NCBI GenBank assembly: GCA_038040445.1
Contig: JBBPIG010000002.1
Coordinates: 257,847-321,846 of the forward strand
Direction of reading: 5' to 3'
DNA from: Candidatus Onstottus frigus
Lineage (GTDB): Bacteria; Acidobacteriota; Blastocatellia; UBA7656
Length of the DNA: 64,000 nt
Under the pieces are notes generated by a model. It worked only from the letters and a program-made list of their open reading frames with translations, ran no database searches and was not told the DNA's origin. Of the stretch, positions 58,034 to 64,000 are shown in pieces. Position numbers and translations under genes: made by a program. Positions within the stretch are counted from its first letter, which is position 1; each line of letters opens with the position of its first letter.

Positions 58034-58654
58034 TTATAACGCTGTTTGCGGGCTGGCGCTGGGCAACGGCACGATCGCCGGGAACTCATAGACGAATTTG
58101 AGCAACATCTCTGTAAATACTAATATCTCCTTTGCATCCGTCTCCTCCATTAGGACTATCTCGTGAGTTGCCTCGTTTCCCTTTCTGCGGATGTGATCGA
58201 CCCAGTGTCGGCCATTCGGCGGGATATACCCATTCGCGGCGAGAAAGTCCACATACTCGATGAACCTCAAACCTTCTTGCGCCCCTTGTGCAACTGCAAT
58301 GTTCATCAGCAGTTTTCTACAGAGCAATACGGCTCCAGTGTAGCAGGTTACTCCAACACAACGTCTCGCTTCTTCGTAGACGGCTTCAACAGTTTCAGGT
58401 AGATGTTGTACTGGTGTGCCAAAGGCCGGTGAAGGAAGAACCGAGCCTGTCGGAGCAAAGAACGCCGGTCCGCGGCAGTTCGGACAGATGTAGACTCCTC
58501 CGGTCTGTGCGCCACTCGCGTCCTGGTGCTGACCAATCATGTAACCCCGATCCGATGAGACTGTGCGCGAGCAATAGCCGCAGATCCAGCTTTTGTTCTC
58601 AATATACTGAAGACTTTTATAGTTTGCAGAGCGCCCATCAATGAACGGTTCCAT
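58034..58654 (-). CDS. Zinc-ribbon + DUF4145 domain protein (paralog 1)
   Basis: CGYC…CPNC ribbon; C-terminal FLAANGYIPPNGRHWVDHIRRKGNEATHE = DUF4145 signature. Confidence 0.6.
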   Translation of the reverse strand: MEPFIDGRSANYKSLQYIENKSWICGYCSRTVSSDRGYMIGQHQDASGAQTGGVYICPNCRGPAFFAPTGSVLPSPAFGTPVQHLPETVEAVYEEARRCVGVTCYTGAVLLCRKLLMNIAVAQGAQEGLRFIEYVDFLAANGYIPPNGRHWVDHIRRKGNEATHEIVLMEETDAKEILVFTEMLLKFVYEFPAIVPLPSASPQTAL

Positions 58655-58777
58655 AAATGCTCCCCTGTTACACGGCTCGATAGCCGCCTTGATCTCGACG
58701 ACAGGCTGTCAGCTCACGGCCTGAGCAACCCGAGGTATCACGCGAACTGCGCTTCGCGACCTCCGTTGCATGCGCTT

Positions 58778-59620
58778 TCAGACCTCTTCGGCTGAGTCTA
58801 GCTTCTTCATTTCTACAATAAATTCTGCATATTCATCATAGCCCTCAAGATATTCATCGAGTTCCTCTTGATCAAAAATGTAAGTGTTCTTAACAGGACT
58901 GTCCACCAAGGGTACAATCGCGATCACTTTATAGCGCGAATTCCAGAATTGATCTAAAGTAGCTTTATCAATCGTGGTTGACTCGAAGGGCTTCAATAAG
59001 TACTCAGTCATGTAAAAGGAGAGTTGATAGAGTAAGGAGGAACCACTCGCGACAACAGATTCTGCATCTTCCCTCTGTATATCTTCTCCGTGAATAGCTC
59101 TGTTGCAGATTGAAATAACTTCGCGCGTTGAACGCGCAATCTCTGGTGGCAATATCTCTGTGTTAGAGAGTATATGCACGAGCTGGCCTGCGGTCTTAGA
59201 GCGGCGATCCCGATTATCTTTATGCGTTATCCGGTAGAGCTTGTTGAGGGCTTTCTCCAACTCGATCCTAAGCTTCGCCAGGGCAAGAATTGGATCAGTA
59301 TCAGCCAATGCCTTAATGCTTTTGGTGGTATTTTCGGCTTCTAGGACCTGCCTAGGAGCGTCGCTCTCAGACTCAGTGATCTGTGCAGAAACTTCCTCCC
59401 TTATTCTCTTTACTTCCTTCGGATCAATCTCCGCCTCGAAATCACCTATCTTGATCTTTGTGATAGCCGAAATGAAAGGGCTAAGAAGGATGACGAGTAG
59501 GAGAATTATGGAAGTGTTATCTATCTTGATCGGCTGAAATGACAGGGTGTGTGCTATTAACATAGAAAGCGCGAGCAACAATGTAATCCACCATAGATGA
59601 GATACCAGGAATCTTTTCAT
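58778..59620 (-). CDS. Membrane-anchored DUF4145 domain protein (paralog 2)
   Basis: Two N-terminal TM helices; QLVHILSNTEILPPEIARSTREVISICNRAIHGE DUF4145-like; ~42% GC. Confidence 0.5.
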   Translation of the reverse strand: MKRFLVSHLWWITLLLALSMLIAHTLSFQPIKIDNTSIILLLVILLSPFISAITKIKIGDFEAEIDPKEVKRIREEVSAQITESESDAPRQVLEAENTTKSIKALADTDPILALAKLRIELEKALNKLYRITHKDNRDRRSKTAGQLVHILSNTEILPPEIARSTREVISICNRAIHGEDIQREDAESVVASGSSLLYQLSFYMTEYLLKPFESTTIDKATLDQFWNSRYKVIAIVPLVDSPVKNTYIFDQEELDEYLEGYDEYAEFIVEMKKLDSAEEV

Positions 59621-59779
59621 AGCGCTAATTCACCTCTGGAGGTCCAACTTTGAATGGTCCCCGTAGTCATACCACGGCGATTGGGCCGTGTAATCAAGAT
59701 CGGATCAGACTCCGTTAAGGTCGCAGAACCATACGGCGACTAGGGAGCATGAGCAAGAATGACGAAGCAGCCCGACGTG

Positions 59780-59848
59780 TGATATATACACCACTTACTC
59801 CGAGCCGACCCGGATTATACGGCAACGTGCCGGATGTGCAACGCGAGC
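59780..59848. repeat. Conserved ~60-bp upstream leader, copy 1 (before paralog 2)
   Basis: ATATATACACCACTTACTCCGAGCCGACCCGGATTATACGGCAACGTGCCGGATGTGCAACG. Confidence 0.55.
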
Positions 59849-59875
59849 GATGTTTAGGCTGCCACATATCAGACT

Positions 59876-60520
59876 CTATTTTAAAGGGGGCTTGCTCGCA
59901 TCCGTAAGTTTCTGATTAAGCGCATCGCGCTTCTTCTGAAGTATTGCTGGCTGCACAAAATAAAAATCAAATAGCGCTTCGAGGGTATCGAGCAGCCACT
60001 CTGCTTCTTGTGGTTCAACCTCAATCACCGCGCCGGTATTAGTGCTCTTAATCGGATGAGCCGCAAAGTTTCCTACTACCCTTACTGCATCAACCGCGTC
60101 CGACAACTGCGAGGGTAGTTGTCTCGAGTCTATGACCTGCTGAATCTCATCGCTTAGATTTCCGTGCTTTATACCAGCCTTGTCTCGAAGAATCATCTGA
60201 AGACAACGGCGGCTCAATGCTGCACTTGCCTTCTCACTATCAGGCATAACCAGACAGGCTTCTGTGTAGTCCGACGAGAGAGGCTCGGGCACCTCTGGCG
60301 CGACGGGTGAACGAGTTGAGGCCTTGGGATAAATCCTAATTTGTAAAGTCCGTACATTATGACCAGCTTGTAGAGTGTATACAACAAGTTCTATAGTCAA
60401 TTCGCGGCAGGAAGGGCAGAGCGTATGGCGTACATTCCAGTTACGTTTACCGTCCTGTTGAAGGTGGGGTTCAGCCCAGATGTCGTGAAATGCGACCGTA
60501 CAGTGGGGGCATCTTAGCAT
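59876..60520 (-). CDS. Zinc-ribbon + DUF4145 domain protein (paralog 3)
   Basis: CPHC…CPSC ribbon; C-terminal VIDSRQLPSQLSDAVDAVRVVGNFAAHP DUF4145-like. Confidence 0.6.
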   Translation of the reverse strand: MLRCPHCTVAFHDIWAEPHLQQDGKRNWNVRHTLCPSCRELTIELVVYTLQAGHNVRTLQIRIYPKASTRSPVAPEVPEPLSSDYTEACLVMPDSEKASAALSRRCLQMILRDKAGIKHGNLSDEIQQVIDSRQLPSQLSDAVDAVRVVGNFAAHPIKSTNTGAVIEVEPQEAEWLLDTLEALFDFYFVQPAILQKKRDALNQKLTDASKPPLK

Positions 60521-60593
60521 AATAGTTCTCGTGATCCCTCGTAGTTTGTGAACTGACTAAAGCGAAGTAACCAAATCTCACGTGAGCGGGTCT

Positions 60594-60655
60594 GTAATAT
60601 ATCGCTTACTACGAGCCGACACGGATTATACTGCAACTCACCGGTTTTGCAACGG
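60594..60655. repeat. Conserved upstream leader, copy 2 (before paralog 3)
   Basis: AATATATCGCTTACTACGAGCCGACACGGATTATACTGCAACTCACCGGTTTTGCAACG. Confidence 0.55.
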
Positions 60656-60657
60656 GA

Positions 60658-61461
60658 CTATCCCAATTGTATTTCAGTAGGGACCTCCGGATTCATCAAC
60701 GACGCGCCGCCGTCCGCATATATCACCTGTCCCGTTATCCAGCTAGCTTGAGCCGAACAAAACAGCGACACAACGTTGCCGATATCTTCCGGCGTTCCGA
60801 GGCGCCCCATCGGAGTCCACCCGCGTTGGTGCCAATTGCGAAGAAGTTCTTGCGCTTCCTCGGGCAGCGTGTTCAATACGCTGTCCTCGGTCCATCCGGG
60901 GCTGATCGCATTCACCGTGATGCCGCGTTTGGCGAGGGCTACCGCGAAATAACGAACGAGTGACTCGAGCGCTGCCTTCGCTGAGCCCATGCCAACCCAG
61001 GGTTGCAACCCGCCAGTGCGGCTCCCTTCGGCGTAGGTGATTGCGAAGATTCTTCCGCCGTCGCCCATCAGTGGAATCGCCTCTCGAACCGCAACGAGGA
61101 ACGCCTTCGCCTGTGAATCAAACGCTGCGTCCCACTGTTCCAGCGTGATGTCCAACGGGCCTTGGAAGAACGCCGGTATCTCGGGGCGTGCGTTGCTCAC
61201 GAAGATGTCAATCTTCCCAAAGGCCTCTTTCACCTTCCGGACCATACTGGTGATCTCTTCCGGATGCATAACATCAGCCTGCACCACCACACCATCCGAT
61301 CCGCGCGTGCGGACTTCGGCGAGCGTGTCTCTTGCGGCAGCCTCGTTTTGGTAATAGTGGACGGCTACTTTGACGCCGCTCTCCGCCAGTTTCAGGGCGA
61401 TTCCCCTGCCAATGCCACGGGAGCCGCCGGTGATCAGCGCGTGCTTTCCGTTTAGCGACAT
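60658..61461 (-). CDS. SDR-family NAD(P)-dependent oxidoreductase
   Basis: TGGSRGIGRGIA cofactor motif, catalytic region, ~267 aa. Confidence 0.85.
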   Translation of the reverse strand: MSLNGKHALITGGSRGIGRGIALKLAESGVKVAVHYYQNEAAARDTLAEVRTRGSDGVVVQADVMHPEEITSMVRKVKEAFGKIDIFVSNARPEIPAFFQGPLDITLEQWDAAFDSQAKAFLVAVREAIPLMGDGGRIFAITYAEGSRTGGLQPWVGMGSAKAALESLVRYFAVALAKRGITVNAISPGWTEDSVLNTLPEEAQELLRNWHQRGWTPMGRLGTPEDIGNVVSLFCSAQASWITGQVIYADGGASLMNPEVPTEIQLG

Positions 61462-61615
61462 GTCGACCTCCTTGAATGCGCCGTCGAAGTTTGAAAGGCA
61501 TCTCCAATCGCAAAGCTGCGATCAGGCAATCTGATTCCGCAAGAGCCGGACTAGACCGCGAAAGGCCGCAGACCGGGCCTGCGATTAGGTATCACACACG
61601 TTGCCAGCCACCAAG

Positions 61616-62455
61616 TTACGTCCGGCTCGTCTGCATCGCCACAGCCTTCCAACCACTGCCTTTGTTGATAAGCGTCAGCGTGTAAAAAGCGGTGAACGGG
61701 CTGGCATCTCCAGTGCCCTCGGAGCCGGGGATCGACGAGCGTTGACGCGGCGATGTTCCGCGCACAACCGCCGTGTCACCATACACCGAGACGGTCACGT
61801 TGTTGGTCTCCAGCTTCGAATACTTCAAGCGACCTGATCCGAGTTGATCGAGCAATTGCTGCCGGGTCATTTGCTCTCCGGCGGCATGCGTCCAGATGAA
61901 GCTTTCATCCATCAACGATTCCAGTGTTTTGATATCCGCAGCGCGTATGGCCTTATGAAAAGCGGCCTCGCTTGCAGCGACTTCTTTCTTGGCGTCTTCT
62001 TCTGAGCGCGGCATCCGGGTCGCCTGCCAGCTCACGACCTGCCACTTGCCGTTGCGCTTGAGAAAGGTGCCGGTGTTCAAGTAGTTCGAGGTCTCGCTCT
62101 TCCCTTCCTTCATGGTCGTGCCAACCAGCCGGAACGCGACTATCGCGGTATTGCCGTACTGCTGAATTCGAATGTCTTCGGCAGCGTAAGTAGTCGCCGG
62201 ATCTCTGGGCTTGGGGGCCGACGCCGAGCGCTGATCCCGCATGATGTCCGCCTTGCCGATCCGCCGCCCGGACGAGCCGGTATAGATCAGGTCCTGGGCC
62301 CAGAACCGGTCGTGAATCGCGGCGTCGTTGCGCGAGGCGCCGTCAAGAAACTCCTTCAGCAGCCTGGTCAGTGGGGCCTCATCCTGCGCCGTCTGCGCCT
62401 GCAGGCCAAGCGCCAGCATCAGCACTACGATCACGGGTGACAGAACTCGCTTCAT
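61616..62455 (-). CDS. Secreted protein with two tandem NTF2-like/SnoaL-like (DUF4440-type) domains
   Basis: Signal peptide MKRVLSPVIVVLMLALGLQAQ; two ~120-aa halves with similar pattern; track ORF begins 62485. Confidence 0.5.
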   Translation of the reverse strand: MKRVLSPVIVVLMLALGLQAQTAQDEAPLTRLLKEFLDGASRNDAAIHDRFWAQDLIYTGSSGRRIGKADIMRDQRSASAPKPRDPATTYAAEDIRIQQYGNTAIVAFRLVGTTMKEGKSETSNYLNTGTFLKRNGKWQVVSWQATRMPRSEEDAKKEVAASEAAFHKAIRAADIKTLESLMDESFIWTHAAGEQMTRQQLLDQLGSGRLKYSKLETNNVTVSVYGDTAVVRGTSPRQRSSIPGSEGTGDASPFTAFYTLTLINKGSGWKAVAMQTSRT

Positions 62456-62633
62456 GTGTTTGCTCCGTAGCAGAATTATCGGCAAGCCCGCCTTGCCGCT
62501 CTTGGTAGTCAGTCAAGGTAATTGTCAAACGAAGGTGTATGAACTTCGGCAGAGCGTCCAATGCCGAACGAGGCCGCGTGGCTTCAACTTGAGAGATGAT
62601 CCTCAAGCCGAGGTGCGCGTGAGCTCGAGCGAC

Positions 62634-63020
62634 TTAGCGGGCTCCACCGCGACGGGTTACTCTACCAACCCTCTGATCCCCTTTTAGGATCAGCTCACAG
62701 GCCCGGAGAGCATACTCCTCGAAGTCCTCGAGCGTGGCAGCCAGAATCACCCAGGCATTCTTCCCCGATCTCCAGAAGGAGCGCCTCGGTAGCTGGGGGA
62801 ACTCCTTGCGCAGGCTCTCAATGTGTTCGGCCAGAGTATAAAGCCAAACGCCATTGAACCGCGGCTGCTTAGCGCTATCGCGGACTGAGAGAAGGAGTTT
62901 CTGGTCGAGGTAGACATAGGTGAACCCGAACATCTGTTTGACGGCCGGACGAATCGGAAGTAATTCATCAAGAACGAACTGAAAAGGAGATTGTCTCTTG
63001 TGGAAAACATCAGCCTTCAT
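62634..63020 (-). CDS. TfoX N-terminal-domain family protein
   Basis: KQMFGFTYVYLDQKLLLSVRD…FNGVWLY pattern of TfoX_N. Confidence 0.5.
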   Translation of the reverse strand: MKADVFHKRQSPFQFVLDELLPIRPAVKQMFGFTYVYLDQKLLLSVRDSAKQPRFNGVWLYTLAEHIESLRKEFPQLPRRSFWRSGKNAWVILAATLEDFEEYALRACELILKGDQRVGRVTRRGGAR

Positions 63021-63087
63021 TGTTTGCTTCCTGGCCAGTGCCCTGTAACAGCCGTTTCGCTAGCGATCAAACGGGTACGAAATCAGT

Positions 63088-63186
63088 GCGAATCCGTCAA
63101 ACCCGAGTCATCGGTGGTCTATCGGTTCCTAAGGATCGCATTGCCATAGACCACGGATGACACTGATTCGGCCGATTTGCGCGGAT
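63088..63186. mobile_element. MITE-like palindromic element, copy B
   Basis: CATCGGTGGTCTAT…ATAGACCACGGATG…CGGCCGATTTGCGCGGAT, homologous to 32208-32320. Confidence 0.5.
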
Positions 63187-63336
63187 ACCGCCCTTCACGT
63201 GAAGCGATGTTACGGGCCACTAGTTTGAACGATCCACCAACCCCGTTTGCTGGATTGGCGGCAGACAATGTCGGGGACGTGCTCGTTAGGTCGAGCGTAA
63301 TTCCACCAAGTGGCGTTTGCGAATTGCCCCAGTACA

Positions 63337-64000
63337 CTATTCGCAATAAGTCTCAGTCAGCTTGCGGAAGTGGTAGCCCATAGCTGCCAGCCTCATCGAA
63401 TCAGCAAACGCTCCGCGATGATGCGCGAGTGTCTGGGTCATGAACCGCCAGAACTCCATCCGGTCGCGATCTCGCACGCCCAGCTTGAGCGTGATTCGCG
63501 TCAGCGCGGACACATCTCGCATAAATGAGTTCCCTCGCTGTGATTTCGGTCCGGGCTGCGAGACTCGCTTCAAACATTCAAGCGCGCGATCGTAGTATTC
63601 GCGAGTGTCGTAGATCGTTCGCAAGATCGACTTGTAGCCCTCCACCAGCCGGGTTGAATCCATTCGCGTGATGAAGTTCAGGTCCGAATGCGTATTGTTT
63701 CCACCGCTCTCGCCGAGCAGCCGTCCTTCCCCGTTCAGCCTTCGCCAGAGCTGCGTGTTAGGCAACGCAGTCAACAGCCCGACCATCGCCAGCGGAATCG
63801 CACTCTCCTTTATGAAGGTGATCATGCGATCGAAGATGTCGTCGGGATCGTTGTCGAAACCGACAATAAAACCGGCCATCACCTCAATGCCGTAGCTCTG
63901 AATCTTCTTGACCGATTCGAGAAGGTCGTGCCGCATGTTCTGACCCTTCTGGGCTTCTTTCAAGCTTTCCTGGACCGGCGTCTCGATTCCCAGGAACGCG
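63337..64000 (-). CDS. B12-binding radical-SAM protein, C-terminal (DUF4070-type) part; continues past window end
   Basis: FIVGFDNDPDDIFDRMITFIKESAIPLAMVGLLTALP… typical of the radical-SAM/DUF4070 C-terminal region. Confidence 0.55.
   Translation of the reverse strand, partial: AFLGIETPVQESLKEAQKGQNMRHDLLESVKKIQSYGIEVMAGFIVGFDNDPDDIFDRMITFIKESAIPLAMVGLLTALPNTQLWRRLNGEGRLLGESGGNNTHSDLNFITRMDSTRLVEGYKSILRTIYDTREYYDRALECLKRVSQPGPKSQRGNSFMRDVSALTRITLKLGVRDRDRMEFWRFMTQTLAHHRGAFADSMRLAAMGYHFRKLTETYCE

Noticed and set aside
1-64000. tRNA, rRNA, transposase, integrase, or prophage genes
   Set aside because: No ORF translation in the window resembles DDE/serine/tyrosine recombinases or phage structural proteins, and I saw no rRNA-like or obvious cloverleaf tRNA stretches. 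The scan for tRNAs by eye is not exhaustive.

Overview
This window is a ~60% GC chromosomal segment whose gene content suggests an Acidobacteriota-like soil bacterium. That placement is an inference from the gene content: three paralogous VWA-domain proteins, a TonB-dependent receptor with a carboxypeptidase-regulatory N-domain, delta-60 repeat proteins, and M16 and S8 peptidases.

The conserved backbone is:
- an S1 protease and an array of VWA paralogs, with a low-GC corA insertion and a truncated VWA fragment;
- a complete pstSCAB-phoU-phoBR phosphate module, with an LMW-PTP/ArsC-like gene remnant wedged between pstA and pstB;
- a 1289-aa TonB-dependent receptor;
- a DinG/XPD-family helicase;
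- an M16 peptidase pair;
- a polyamine module (SAM decarboxylase, double-zinc-ribbon DUF4178-like protein, DUF350, membrane-anchored spermidine-synthase-like protein) interrupted by a four-helix-bundle (rRNA-IVS-type) gene cassette flanked by inverted GTTCCGG heptamer arrays;
- an SDR reductase.

Several accessory loci stand out:
- A two-gene bacterial-microcompartment satellite (PduA-like BMC-H shell protein plus PduP/EutE-like acylating aldehyde dehydrogenase carrying a C-terminal encapsulation-peptide-like extension), preceded by a 58-bp tandem direct repeat.
- A ~5-kb low-GC (~50%) island encoding a tandem-ACT plus TIR-like protein, an island-borne serine hydroxymethyltransferase, and an NDT/TIR-like (flavodoxin-fold) plus coiled-coil protein. 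This is my best candidate for an undescribed signalling or defence module.
- A translationally coupled intracellular S8 subtilase and MBL-fold hydrolase pair.
- A low-GC cassette of three DUF4145 paralogs with duplicated upstream leaders, next to a membrane protein and an orphan receiver gene.

Several genes look disrupted: an AAC(6')-I-like GNAT with a single in-frame TAG at a conserved Tyr codon, a c-type cytochrome broken by at least two frameshifts, a delta-60 repeat gene pair, and a DUF3857-like gene.

I also see several families of small palindromic or tandem intergenic repeats. I recognised no rRNA, tRNA, CRISPR array, transposase or integrase.
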